A stretch of 64,000 bases of DNA. Source: the human T2T-CHM13v2.0 reference genome, Homo sapiens. The first letter of the stretch is position 1, and each line of letters opens with the position of its first letter. Shown here one piece after another: positions 31,508-45,060 of the stretch. Location: assembly GCF_009914755.1 (NCBI RefSeq), contig NC_060936.1; one strand, written 5' to 3'. The position numbers and the translations under genes were made by a program. The notes beneath the pieces are model-generated. The model worked only from the letters and a program-made list of their open reading frames with translations, made no database searches and was not told where the DNA came from.

Positions 31508-31992
31508 AGACTGTGGCTCACAAACCCAAGTGATAACACAGATCTGTAGATGACATGAATAAATGAAGCAGGTGGTAGGAAGGAAAAATTATGTGACTCT
31601 CTTACTCTTTACTTTTTCCATCTTTGATAAAGTAAAGAAATACCTTTTCTCTTAGAAAAACAACAACCACCACAACAGAAAACAAATACAAGCATAATTT
31701 TAAATGGCAGCTGGTATTCAATGTCAGGGAGATAAGAAGGAGTGGATGTGTCTATGGAAAACAGGAAGCAGCTGTTTCTCAGCTTCAGCCAATGTCAGCC
31801 AATAGGCAACATAACCATTAGCAAATTTTTTTCCATTTCTCAAGACAATCTGAAATTCAGGCTTTCATTTGAAATCTCTGATGTTTAAAAATTTGCTCGA
31901 GGATAACATATCTACATGCCAGAAATAGCATGCTAAAGAGAATACATCTCCATGACAGAAATGGTCAGTGGGTTGCCAGTTCGTGGCTTCTT
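31508..31992. mobile_element. MER103-like hAT-Charlie element
   Basis: TTCTCAAGACAATCTGAAATTCAGGCTTTCATTTGAAATCTCTGATGTTTAAAA and terminal GTGGGTTGCCAGTTCGTGGCTTCT. Confidence 0.55.
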
Positions 31993-32011
31993 TATCACAA
32001 ATTACTAAAGG

Positions 32012-32285
32012 CAGTGCTTTTCAAACTGCAGAGGACAACCTACTGATGGCTGATGTCACCAATCTCATGGGTTGCAAGTAGCATTTTTAAATGAAATAGA
32101 ATTGCATAGAAGAAAATGGAATAGAAAGCAACAGAATTTATCACATTTAATGGGGTAGGAATTGTAAAAGGAGATCTGTGTGTGTGCGTGTCTGTGTGTG
32201 TCTGTGTGTGTAGTAGGTCTCTGTAGGTCTCTGTAAAAAAAAAAAATCTACTGCTGACTGTAGTCAATACGTTTGAAAGTCACTG
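32012..32285. mobile_element. hAT MITE (MER112-like) with visible TIRs
   Basis: TIRs CAGTGCTTTTCAAAC and GTTTGAAAGTCACTG, internal AAATGAAATAGAAT and a (TG)n stretch. Confidence 0.65.
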
Positions 32286-32289
32286 CCTT

Positions 32290-33870
32290 GGTAACATTAT
32301 TTTACCCACTTACTGTCATATGACATTTAAATGCCAATGGTTTTGAAAAGTGTATCTATAGGCTAGATTTTTATCTTGAACTCAGACCCATATTTTCAAC
32401 TATCTACCAGATATTAGCACTTGGATGTTCCACACGTCCCACAAATTGAGTAATAGAATGATTAAAATAATGGGCTTTGTAGCCAGATTTGAGTTTGAAT
32501 TGTGGGATTTCTCAGCCTGTTTTCTCATTCTTAAAGTCGGAATAATTAAAACCTCAAAATAGTGCTGTAAGAATTTATGTCCTTAGAACAGTGCCTGGCT
32601 CACACAAAAATAAATAAATATCGCTTGAGCACCAACCACGTTCCAGGTATTGTTCTAGGCACTAGAGATTGATGAGAAAATTCAGCCCCCCCACCATATG
32701 AGACAATGCTGCTTTTCAGCGGTTTGAGAAAAAAGTTGAAATCAACAAAACATCCCCTTCATGTTTTACTGCATACATACAGTAATCCTTTTAAAACGTA
32801 TTCCATCAGCAACCTTTTCAAACAGCACTTTGAAGTTTACTGAGTTATGACCACAGAATGACCTTCTTCCTGCTGAGTGTGAGTAAGCCTTCTCTCCCTG
32901 CCCCAGCTAACCACCAGGCAATTCTCAGAGAGGTCTCAGTTGTACTTGGGTACAAAATAGAACCTCTAATGTTATTGGGTGAAGGAACTTGTGTGCAGCG
33001 TTCCCAGGTTCTAGTGAATAAGATGATGTCCTTTGCCCTTGTGAAGTTTGCTGACAGTGACCACATAAACAGATACATACATGACAGTATAATTTCAGCT
33101 GATATCGTACTGTTGTAAGTATTGCTACAATGATGATGATGATTGTGATGATAAAGTAAAACCATAAACACATTATTTCCCCACTCTTTCTCCTTACACC
33201 TACCTCCTTCTCATCCTGTATTTCTAGCTGGATGAATCACATCACCTTTCACACTGTTGCCCAAGCCAAAGGCATCTATCTAGTCTATAGGCTCTACTCT
33301 ATATTTCTGAAATCCATCTACTTTTCACTCTTACTATCATTGTGCTATGCCAGATTCCTACCATCACTTGCCCAAGGTTCTGTGGCAAACTCCTGATTGG
33401 CCTGCTTCCAGATCCATCCCCTCTTAATACATCATTCACATTGAAATCAGACTCCATCTAGAATGGATCTAGCCATGTCTGTTCATTTCCTAACCCTTTA
33501 AGGTCTCCCCATTGTCATCTGTAGAAAGTCTAAGCTCCTGGTGGATTTACCAGACCCTTCGTGATCTTAGCCTTGTTCAACTCTCAAGCATCATCGTTCT
33601 CAAATTCTGTCTTCTTGTTAATTAGAATGACTTACATAAATTTTTAAAGTTCTCTTTTACTTCCAGGCTTTTATCTAGACTACTCTTCCTCCTGGAAATC
33701 TTTTTGCTCTCCCTGCTTTTCTTACTTCCAACATTCCCTGCACCCCCCGCCACACCCACACACTTCCACCCTTCAATTAAGTGCACTTTGAAATTGTTTG
33801 TTTTCTTGACTCTCTCCTCTTAAGGGGAGATGTCTTTATTGGCGTATTCCAATTAACTAAAGTAAAATGC
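32290..33870 (+). mobile_element. Fragmented L2 with nested MIR and antisense L2 pieces
   Basis: CACTTGGATGTTCCAC, GTTGCCCAAGCCAAA and GTCTAAGCTCCT are L2 motifs; MIR core near 32450-32610. Confidence 0.5.
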
Positions 33871-33879
33871 CTACGTCCC

Positions 33880-34430
33880 TGTATTTGTTTCCTATTACTG
33901 CTGTAACAAATTGTCACAAACATAATGGCTTAGAACAATATAAATTTATCATCTAATGTTCTGCAAACCAGAAGTCTGGCAGGTCTCATCAGGTTAAAAT
34001 CAAGATATTGGCTAAAATCAAGGCATCAGCTAAAATCAAGGCACCAGCAGGACTGCATTGTTGTATTCCTTTCTGTAGGGTCTAGGTAGGATCTATTTCC
34101 TTGCCTTTTCCAACTTCTAGAGATCATGCATATTCCTTGGCTTGAAGCTGCCTTCTTTCTATTTTCAAAACTAGAATAGGCGAGGGAAGTCCTTCCCACT
34201 TGGAATCACTCTGATCTCCTCATTTGCCTCTCTCTTCCATTTTTAAGGTCCCTTATAATTACATATCACCTGGATAGTCCAGAACAATCTCCTTAATTTA
34301 AGATCATCTGATTAGCAACCTTAATTCTATTTGCTGCCTTAATTCCCCTTTGTCATATAAGGTAATATATTTATAGGCTTCTGGGATTAGGACATGGATG
34401 TCTTTGGGAGGCCATTACTCAGACTACCAG
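33880..34430 (-). mobile_element. MLT1D-like solo LTR
   Basis: TGTATTTGTTTCCTATTACTGCTGTAACAAATT ... GGGATTAGGACATGGATGTCTTTGGGAGGCCATTA. Confidence 0.85.
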
Positions 34431-34614
34431 GGCCCCCATTAATGGCTCATAAATTGATATGCAAATAAGGTGTCCAGTGGATCATTACAGGGGCTGCTGT
34501 GGTGAATGGCTGTTATTCTTGCCTGCCTATCACTTATTTTCTTTCTTATGGCAATGACATCTTCATATTCCCAGAGGAGCTCCTTCTCCCCCAACTTCAC
34601 ACAATCTTAGTGGG

Positions 34615-35052
34615 TGTATTAGTTAAGGTAAGGCTTAATATCTAGTGCCAAAATTTCAGTTGCCTCAAAAAAAATTTTTTTAATGATTTCTTGCTCACAT
34701 AAAGGTCCAATGAGTATTTCTAGTATGGCTATCCTCCTTTGAGTAGTTCAGAGGACTCAAAGACCCTGGTTCCTTCCATCTTGAAACTTCTCCATCGCAA
34801 AACACAATTGCCAATGTCATCTGGGAATCGTCTTCGATTTATTCATCTGGAGACAGAAAGGAGCTTGAACATGTAGGGAAGATTTCTATAGGGCACATCA
34901 GGAACTGGCATATATCATTTCTGCTCATATTCTAATGACTGGATGTCAGTCCCATGACTATACCTAATGAGAAAAGAGATTAGAAATGTGTTCTGACCAT
35001 GCTCAGAAAGACAGGAAATGGATAAGAAGACCATCTAGCTGTTTCTGCCACA
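34615..35052 (-). mobile_element. MLT1 (I/J-like) solo LTR
   Basis: TGTATTAGTTAAGG ... TTTCTGCTCATATTC ... TCTGCCACA with TSD GTGGG/GTGAG. Confidence 0.7.
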
Positions 35053-35147
35053 GTGAGACTGTTAAACAATAGCATCCAGGACTCCCTTGGCCAAGGGTTG
35101 CAGTTATAACCTAAATTCATTCAATCAGAAAATAAACCTTGAAAGAC

Positions 35148-35575
35148 TGTCAGTTAAAATTGTGTTTAATTACAGAAACAAAAAACCACCACAACTTGGC
35201 AGCTTAATTGAGTAAGGCATTTTAGGTCCAAAATAATAATTTTGGGGATAGTAGGCCAGGACAGGTATACCAGCTCACTGATGTTATCAGACAGGAAAGC
35301 CCCTTCTATTTTCCTGCACCACTATCTTTACAATGTGGTTGCAGTTCTCATGGTCATAGGTTGGCCATTGCAGCTCCAGGCATCACTTTTACCTTCCAGA
35401 TAAAAAGAAGTTAGAAAGCATAGGGTCGGGAAATTCTGCTGAAGGCTATAACTGTGTCCCATAGACAACCCTAACTGGGAGACTAGGAAATTAAGTATTT
35501 TCATTTCCTGACTTCCAATAGTGAAAGAAGAAAGAAGGAATTGGAATGGGTGCCGATTGAACACCTGTTTGCACA
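35148..35575 (-). mobile_element. MLT1J-like solo LTR
   Basis: TGTCAGTTA..., CTCATGGTCATAGGTTGGCCATTGCAGCTCCAGGCATCAC. Confidence 0.65.
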
Positions 35576-35706
35576 ACTGGAATGTCTGAAGCCAATTCAT
35601 CCCCAGTGCATCTTTAACATTTAAGATAATTGGTATCCCTGCATCTAGATGCCCCGAGCTGTTTGGCTGTTCGGGTTCCTGCTGTGCTGTTTCTTCAGTC
35701 TGGCTC

Positions 35707-36013
35707 TGTTTATTTATTTATTTTTTTCCTGACATGGAGTCTCACTCTGCCACCCAGGCTAGAGTGAAGTGGTGCGATCTTGACACATGGCAACCTCTGC
35801 CCCCCTGGTTCAGGCGATTCTCCTGCCTCAGCCTCTAGAGTAGCTGGGGATTACAGGCACACACCATCACACTCGGTTAACTTTTGTATTTTTATTAGAG
35901 ATAGGGTTTCGCTATGCTGGCCAGACTGGTCTCAAACTCCTGACCTCAAGCAATCGGCCCGCCTTGACCTCACAAAGTGCTGGGATTACAGGCGTGAGCC
36001 ACCACACCCAGCC
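35707..36013 (-). mobile_element. AluS (Sz-like)
   Basis: Full dimer. TSD CAG(T/G)CTGGCTC at 35696-35706 and 36014-36024. Confidence 0.93.
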
Positions 36014-37086
36014 CAGGCTGGCTCGTAAAGCTTTTCTTTTACTTCTCTGAGCTATTTGATCTTTCTAATAAGTTCAATTTATTTAGTAAAAAGTTAATTT
36101 CTGCTTCTTACAACCAACAAATCCTAATTGATACTACCTTATACCTGGATTTTTAAAGGTCCAGGAAATACCAAGCTTATGAATACTTCTTTGTTCTAGT
36201 TCAGGACCCACTGACACTGAGCCCTGTCAATGGAATGTCCCACTAACAATTTGGAATTGAAAATTTAAAAGAATATTTGGCAATCGTTAAAGTATCCAAA
36301 AAAATGTTTTTTGGGAACAGGAAATTTTCATCCGATGGAACATTTAGGTAAAATAAATTTCTCTCTCCATTCCAGAGGTACATTCTTATTTTTATGAATT
36401 GGCTAGTGACTGGAGCTGGTTAAAAAATGGTGCAAACTCTGTGAGTTCACTAGCACTTTGTTAAATGAAATTGATCACTTGTAAAATACAGTAATTGCAT
36501 TAAACAACTGTCATTAACCATAAGATCCCCTTGATGATGTCTCTTACACAGCTCCACAGGGAAAGCACTAAAAGTACACACATGCACACACATGCGCACA
36601 TATACACTAGCCAAAATGTTTCCTGAGTATAAAATAAGACAGGAGAAAACACAGTAGAGTAGTAGAGACTCTCAGCAGGAACTACATTTGAAAAAATAAT
36701 GATAAATGATATCATGATAAAAATGATGTCCTTAATAAAGCTACTAACACTACTTTACATAAATAATGGCCACTTGTAGATAAATTTTAGAATCATAGAA
36801 TCTGCTTCCTAATTTTAGAGATGAGAAAACAAAAAGCCAAAAGAGTATCCACTAGGCCACACTGCCACTCAGCGAGTTAGCAGGAGCAGCAGGATGCAAA
36901 TCTAGGTATAAGCAGAGTGTGAGTTTGCTGGTATGAAGGAAACACTGGAGCTGAACAAAAGATCATTGAAAAATCACTATTCACCTTACACTGAGGCCAA
37001 TCTGCAAAATATTTTATCATTTATTAAACAATTTAAGCACTGAATCACAGACTATTTCCGGTACAAAATATTTAATAATGAGTGTA

Positions 37087-37088
<2 letters not shown>

Positions 37089-37123
<35 letters not shown>

Positions 37124-37130
37124 TGTGTGT
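37089..37130. repeat. (GT)16-AC-(GT)4 microsatellite
   Basis: Read directly. Confidence 0.95.
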
Positions 37131-37959
37131 TTAAAGACAGGATTACTTATCGTTAGGAATAGGTTATTTTCCATAAAAAGGAAGTTTGGGCATATGGTAC
37201 TGATTAAAAATGTTACTATGGTATATATAAAATAAAAACAGAAAAATACCATCAGTTTGAAATCATATGAAAGAAAACATGGCATTTTTTGCCTAATCAA
37301 TGTTTATTTACAAAATACTCTGCAGGTATTCACACCTTTTCTCCTGGAATTTAGAATGCAATTAGTCATACAACATAAACCTAAAGAAAAAAATTACAAG
37401 CGTAGTAAAAATGCAACTTGTTTAGAATTTTGAAAATTGTGTAGAAAAGAGTTTCACACAATTATTCAGCATGAACTAGCTTGTTGTTATCAGTCAACAA
37501 TAACCAAAAAAGTCAAATGCCTTCATGGGAGGAACATTTCAAGGTAAACTATAGTCAACTGAGATTTTTTAATATCTCAAGCTCAAAAGCAAGAGCATAT
37601 ATCCGAAAATCAAGTATTAATGATTTATTTATATCTCTTAACAGTGTTGTGGCAATTGAGGGAAAGGAAGGAGGTAATATGAAATGAGGAGATAGCTAGA
37701 TGATATTTATGGAATGCATATAATTCAGGCATAATTATTTTCATGTTGGTTTTATGAAAACTTATAGGTACATTATAACTAATCATGTTCCAGAAAATGC
37801 AAATAAGATAATAGTTGAGAAGGAATAGACATCAAATGCTTCTTTAATAAACCACAGCCATTTTCTCTAAGCAGGGAAAATGCTTTAATTGAATTTCATC
37901 TTATTAGAAAGACATTATTTCCTCCAGAGTCATAAAGTATATACAAGGAAGATTAGGAA

Positions 37960-38260
37960 TTGTGCCTGTTGGGGCTATTTTGTAAGCACCACAATCTACT
38001 GTGGTGCTACTGTGGCTAGCGTAGGTAGAAAAATGAATTTATTGAAAGATATTAGACAGCTCAGAGAACTGTTGGGTGGGCTGAGGAATAGTCTCAAGAT
38101 TAGCCCCTCCGGAACCATTCCTCAGAACCACACCAAAGAACTGGCCTGAGCAGGAAGTTACCATGGCCACCACCACCCCCACATTAGCAAAAGGAATGAA
38201 TCATCCCCAATTTGTTTCTTGCTACAGTTCACCTCCACGGTTAAGTCTCACTTCCGCCTC
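37960..38260 (-). mobile_element. Old MLT1-type LTR relic
   Basis: GAATTTATTGAAAGATATTAGACAGCTCAGAGAA resembles the element at 26850-27750. Confidence 0.4.
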
Positions 38261-38417
38261 TAACTTACAAAACCATAGTTACACATCTGCAGCTTAGCCA
38301 CAAGGGAGTCTGAGAATGCAGATTTTTTTTTTTTCTTTTCAAATTACCCTTGGAAAATGGAGCTCACAATGTGGAGAAGTATCAAATGAATAGAGGGTGT
38401 TGAAGGCATGTGGAAAA

Positions 38418-38918
38418 TTTGGTAGGCAAAATTCTAAGATCTTCCACTATCTCCACTCCCTGATGTTATACCCAAGATTAGTTATATGGCAACAGGGATT
38501 TTGTAGATGTAATTAAGGGCCCTAAATAGTTTACTTTGAGTTCATCAAAAGGGTGATTATCCTTGGTGGGCTTGACCTAACCAGGTGAACCCTTAGAAGA
38601 GAATGTGCCCTTTCTGAGAGGAGATTTGAAGCATAAGAGAATTTTCCTGCTGGTCTTAAAGACACAAAGTCCACAAGATCGACAGCTGCAGGGAAACAAA
38701 TTCTGCCAATGACCCCATGAGCTTGGAAGAGGGTCCTAAGCCTCAGATAAGACCCCAGCCCCAGCTGACACCTTAATTTTAGCCTTACAGGACCCTGAAC
38801 AGAGAACCTAGTTATATTCTACCCAGAATTCCAACCAACAAAGCTATGAGATAATAAGCTAAGTTTTAAGCCACTAAGCTTGTGGTAATGTGTTATGCAG
38901 CAATATAAAATTAATCCA
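38418..38918 (+). mobile_element. MLT1E-like solo LTR
   Basis: GGTAGGCAAAATTCTAAGAT ... AATTCTGCCAA ... TGTTATGCAGCAATATAAAATTAATCCA. Confidence 0.8.
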
Positions 38919-39169
38919 GGCAGCTACCAATGACAGGCATCTCTGAGAGTTGTCATGTATCAATGTTGGATAATAAATTATCCATAATCTTGTTAAGCAT
39001 TTCCAAAAGGCAAAATAATTATAGTAAAGGTAATTTATATTTTCATAACCATTGTTAACTTCTCTTTAGGTACTATTCAGTGGTTACTCTCTGGTATAAA
39101 CTGAGATTTAGAAATAAAAAAAGAAAACAGTTATTTAACAAATTTTTTGTACTACAATGTATTATCTAA

Positions 39170-39172
<3 letters not shown>

Positions 39173-39205
<33 letters not shown>
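39173..39205. repeat. (TG)16 microsatellite
   Basis: Read directly. Confidence 0.95.
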
Positions 39206-39207
<2 letters not shown>

Positions 39208-39879
39208 AAGAGCTTATTACTATGGTAAAAATTAAAATATAAGTTTGATTTTATAACACCCATAATAAAAATATCTATCAGGAAGGACAGCTATAAGAAA
39301 AAGAAGGAAAATAAGCAAGTTAATAAGGAGGCAAACCAACTTTCTAATTGAGGAACAATTTATCACATGGTTTCATGCAGCTTACATTCTGACTAATTGA
39401 TCATAATTTTATCAACCACGAGGTTAACAAGTAAAATATTCCTGGAATAGAAATAGACATGCTCTTACTCATCTCCCACAGCAGTTTCTTTAATGACATC
39501 TAAGAAAACAGCACAGTTCTAAAAACAATAATTACAGTCCATTTTAAAAAATTAGTTGAAATTACTTAGGTAAGGCTGTCTCATTTTAGAACAAAAACTA
39601 ACTATGTAGTTTTTATATCAAGTCGGTTTAAAGCCCAAGACAAAACAAAGCAAAAATAATATGAACAAAGCCTCAAAAGAAGTTATAGGAGATCTATGGG
39701 AAAATCTATACTTCCCCGCTCAACTTTGAAGCTTGAATGTCCTATCAACCTGACATTTAATGACTTGTTTTGAGAACAGAATAATAATTTGTGACCCTTA
39801 TTCCTAAGCAAGACATGCTAAAGATTACTGCATCTTGAGATGTACGAATTTCTGTATATTCAATCTCAGGAGACTCTAT

Positions 39880-40195
39880 AACTCCACCATCCAAGATTAG
39901 CAACTAATTGCCACTAGTGACATGTGGCTATTTAGCCCTTGAAGATTGGCTAGTCCAAATTGAGACTGGCTGTAAGAATAAAATACACACAGATTTTGAA
40001 TATTTAGTTTGGAGGGGAAAAACTCATTAATAAGTTTTATATTGATTATATGCTGAAATAATATAAATTATATTATTTTCACATGATAGTTAAAATACAT
40101 TAACAACATAATTCATCTGTTTTCTAACTTTTTAAAAAATACGGCACCATGAAAATTTAAAACTTTACACATTACATGTCTATTGGATAACACTG
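39880..40195. mobile_element. MER33-like hAT-Charlie MITE
   Basis: GCCACTAGTGACATGTGGCTATTTAGC...GGCTAGTCCAAATTGAGA...CTATTGGATAACACTG. Confidence 0.7.
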
Positions 40196-40291
40196 TTCTG
40201 TAACATATGAAAATTCCACAGTTTTGTTTCAGAGATTCCATCATCACTTATGGAATCATGTCTTACTAAGCTATTTAAAGAATATCCCTTT

Positions 40292-40648
<357 letters not shown>

Positions 40649-41879
40649 CTAATACAATTATTCCTGCAGAGGATCTGGTGGTTTTTACTATCAGCCACAA
40701 CATTGTTCTCAGAGCTCTGGAATGGAGTAGAAATGGCAAAGACCCTCCCTCCAGGGGCTATAGTAGATGCCCCAGATATTCTTGCAGAGGCTAAACTGAA
40801 AGCTATGGTAGTCCTTTTAGTTTATGTGCCCTAACATGAATCAAAATACCATCTCAGGGCCCAGTATGGTTTCAACACATAGTTTCCCATCTTCAGATAC
40901 AAAACTGATAACAATGATATAAGAATTATTTTTAATAGGGAATTTAATGTTTAACTATTTGACTCATTTCTCTCTTTGGTATCCAGAAATTTTTATTTCA
41001 TGGCATTTAATACAGTCAACTTTGGGTCAGGCCCATAGAGGAAAGTCATTCACAATTTGGGGGAGATCCCCAAATACAAGGACATAGTGTTTGAAATTAA
41101 AGACCCAGGGATGGTTGACACCAAGGCATGGGCACAAAATCGAGAAACAGTGGCAGATAACAGTTTAAAAATACCAGTGTTTAGTTTATATGATAATTTA
41201 TATCACAAATAATGGGAAAGCCTGAGCAGGCTGTCATGAGATTGCAGTCTCTCCCTGTTGCTCTTGTGGAATTTTCTTTCCAAAGAGGCATGAGACGCCT
41301 TCACTCTACACTAATGTAGATGATTATCCCACAGGCTAGAACGCCCATTTGCCATTTCTCACCTCTGTGCAAGATTCCCTAATTTTCTTGATCCCAGTGG
41401 TAACCTGGGCAAGGTCTTTGGTAGGATCAAGAGGAGCAGCAAAGAGAGGAAGCTGAAAAGGGAGAGAGAAAGTTACCGCTGAAAAAGAAACACTTGAGCT
41501 GTCACTATTGAAATTCATTTTTCTGTTTCTTCTTTGTGTGAAAAAAGCAGGAAGACTGAGAAAAGAAGATATTTTTGTGACTTCTGTAATAAAATAATTT
41601 CCCAGTCAGGCTCTCACACTCCTCAACCCATCAGATATGTGCCTTTCAGGTGTTTACCCAGGGGAAAAATGGAAGGAAATGAGAGAATCAAATTATGACT
41701 AAAACTTACTTCAGTTTTTGATATTTTGATTTAGTTCTTTTAATGTAGCATTTTATTTTTACTCTGCTTTTTTTTTTTTTAAAGACCTTTGAACAGAAAA
41801 ACAGGTTACTATCTTAGATTTTTAATGCTGATTGAAAACATAGCTGTTTGGAACAAAAAGTCATGCATAACTGAAATGG

Positions 41880-42372
41880 GCATCTGTTATACTTGCCATT
41901 CTGCCTCGATTTTCACCTTTTGTCAACAATATTCTGATTTCCTCTGGGTAAGCCACCCCTCATCCATTCTCAATCTCTGTGGTTTAGACGGGACTGACCA
42001 CACCCCAAACTCCCAGGACTGGGCATATAATTGAATATTGTCAGTCTTGCTGCTTCAGAGACATGCATGTTCAGAGCTAATGAGAATGAAAATTGATATT
42101 TTTTTTCCTAATTGTTGGGAAACTTTATTTTCTACCAGAGTTGTTGAGGTTAGATGAATGTCTAAAACCGTCTTCCACCTATTAGAGATGAACTTACCTA
42201 AGAATGGGGCCAATTGGTCTAACAGATAGAGCACTGACAGCCCCTTGAGGCACCGAATTCATTCCAAAACCACCTTTACCTCTGGTGATTTTAGGAATGT
42301 GAATCCATAAATCACCTGGACCAGTCAGGGTTCAACTTTTTATCATTTGCAGTTGAAAACATCCCAACAGAC
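41880..42372 (+). mobile_element. MLT1K-like LTR
   Basis: GATTTCCTCTGGGTAAGCCACCCCTC ... TCATTTGCAGTTGAAAACATCCCAAC. Confidence 0.55.
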
Positions 42373-44419
42373 TCAATTATTAAGACATCTATAGTGATCT
42401 TTCTGCAGTACATTCAAGTCATCACCAAAGGATCTAGGAAGAAAAGCTCTTCTAAGTGCTGCTATTGTAAATCCACATGCCCAAATTATATGAATATTTG
42501 GAAAAGAAAGTAAAGTCCCCAGGCATTTAGAATAAAATCTAACCATAAAGCAAAATGTGTCCAGTTTTGCTCCTTTAGCTATTAGAATGCCGGAGCATTA
42601 GAATGCCAGAGATTATTGAATGCCCCAAATAAATGCATTCAATACGTTGTTATTCAAGAAACTCCAGTCATGTATATTAGAGGCTTTCAACTCGTTAAGC
42701 CATGAGGTACTTTATTCAAAATAAATTTGTATGAAAGCCTAACATTTGAAAACATATAAAAATAGGATTTGTGGCATGGGAAGACATGGGTGGTGGGCAT
42801 CGAACCCTGCCCAATGTTCTTTTCTTAGAAGACTCACCCCCCTTCCCCAAGATCTCCTTGGACACTAGCTCCACAGGTAACAGTGTAAAATAAACAGATC
42901 TAAATAATCCTAACTGATTGACCATTTGTAGTTCCGTCATAAACACATTACAACATTTCAGATCTAATGGCTTTCTAAAGAGCTTCTGTGCTTGTCCCCC
43001 AAACCAGCAATCTACTGTCAGCTTCAAGCCCCAAAGAATTTAGGGTACATCTAAAATAAAATCTAGTGAAAGAGCTCTCAATGAAAATTAAAATATCATT
43101 ATATTCAGAATTGTGAATGTTGGAGATGCTATGTAAGTATCTCTCATGATAGATTTTTATTATGGTATTTTTTGAAAGTTCAAGATGGAATACCAAATGC
43201 AATATGCCAGAAGTTGCTAGGAAAAAAAAATAAGCCAGAAGTCTTTTGAAACTTTTCGCAAGCCTTGGCTTTAAGTATCAGGGAGATTATGAATTAGAGA
43301 ATTCAAAGTGAGAATAATAAGGAAACTTTCATATTATAACAGGAACATGGAGCCAATGTTTAATTAACCACCCCTAAAGGAGGAAAAGAGACAACTTAAA
43401 TAAAGCAAAAGAAAAATCTCAAATCACTTGCATTTGACTTTAGAATACTCTCTGACACAAATTCTCCACAATCAGTCAGGCTCCATCCTATCTCAGTAGC
43501 CTGGGAACAGCTTGGGAGTGTGAAGGTGAGGCCTTGAGGTCATTATAGAAGGCCATTAGGGGGTAAATAGAGAGTTGACCATTTGCGTTGAGGTTAATTC
43601 TTACAATTATAGAGAAGAGGGCTTAGATAGCTATGTTTATTTTCCGTATCTCTCTTCCCAGCTTCATATAACCCAGTCAATATCTCCCTCCCCCACTGCA
43701 ATCTCTTTCCTTTATGTCATTTCTACTTGTGGTGCCCTTGTCACCACCCCCTCTTTTCCCACTGAGCTATTTTAGCTATGAGAATCAGAGTAGCCGGCAT
43801 GGTCAGAGCAGTTAAAGAAGGATGAATGATCCTATTTATGCCAAATTAAAGAAGCCCTCCAGAAGTGCTTCCAGAGAGTACATACTCCTCGCATTGTCTG
43901 TTACCCTAAGGATTCTCTCTTGACTACATGGACCTTCAACCAACTAGCCTACATAATTTTTTCTCCCCCTGCCTCCTAGCACTAAAATATTTGCTAACAC
44001 ATAGGAAATAGAATCATAGCAATAAATGTTAGATAATGTGTAGATAGTAAAAAGGAAACTAACATGAAATTAACATCCATGGATTCACAATATGGGCTCC
44101 TATTAATCAAACACTTCATCTAATAATAAAAAGTTTTTGCATTACTTCTAACTCTTTGGTCTGCTGACACAAATGTGAACTTTAAATGCCCCCAAATCAA
44201 GTGAAAATTTTGCTTGTTAAGCAAGTTCAGTATCATTTGTACACATTTCTTGAACAGATGGTTAATAACAGTTAATTATCACTTAATATTTACTACAAAG
44301 CCAGAATATACAGAATATAAAGGGAATATATAAATGTTATATATATATATATATATAAAGGGAACATCCACTCCAAGGAACAAAAATAAGCCTATGCAAA
44401 GCAGAGAATGGCACAAAGC

Positions 44420-45060
44420 TTTCAGTTCAACATTCAATCAATAGTACTAATTGAGCATCTACTATAAGCTATTCATTGCACTAAGCACTGAGATCTTGAA
44501 CAACAGGAACAAAGATCTCTGTGTGAGGCATATGAGGCTATAATTCCTTGGTAGTCCAGTTTTGGAATTGTGTTGCACTTAAATCAATAGAATTTGTGAC
44601 CTTTTCTTCTATAGCTCACAGAAATTCGTGACTGATCTTGGGAAATTTTCATCAAGCTTCTTGGTCCCTTGCTATATTCAGGCACCCTGAACGTGTGAGA
44701 TACCAGGAGTATCTCACATTTTGCCCCAGTAGAAACCTTTCTCATTTGTCTTGCTCTGTCCCTAATATCTTGGCTCTTGATTGCCTTCTCCTCCATTCTA
44801 CACAGCCTATCACAACAGGCTTCACTTGTTGATAATTTTTATCGTGTTATATGTGTAATATATCTTGTCTTCAGGGATCTAATTTAGTAGAGAAGTAAGA
44901 AATATAAATAATATTTTTATATTGACATATTGTGATGTGTCAGAATAGAGATAGGCACAAGTTCTCATGTAATTATGAGAGAAAAATTCTTATTGAGCTG
45001 GGAGAGGAGGAGGTTGGGACAGGGACAGGATTCGCAGGGCTTTGAGCAGAAGAAATGCCC
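44420..45060 (-). mobile_element. L2 3' relic, interrupted
   Basis: CATTCAATCAATAGTACTAATTGAGCATCTACTAT tail; resumes near 44875. Confidence 0.4.

Larger units (their letters stand above)
34497..36135 (+). mobile_element. Old MLT1 (K/L-like) LTR in pieces, host to two LTRs and an Alu
   Basis: 5' piece 34497-34614, middle 35053-35147, 3' end TTTCTGCTTCTTACAACCAACAAATCCTAATTGATAC. Confidence 0.45.

Noticed and set aside
33992-34045. Short repeats as a CRISPR-like array
   Set aside because: Tandem units without unique spacers, in eukaryotic LTR DNA with no cas genes.
44694-44718. 10-bp hairpin TGTGAGATAC-CAGGA-GTATCTCACA
   Set aside because: About one such stem is expected by chance in 64 kb, and it has no other support.
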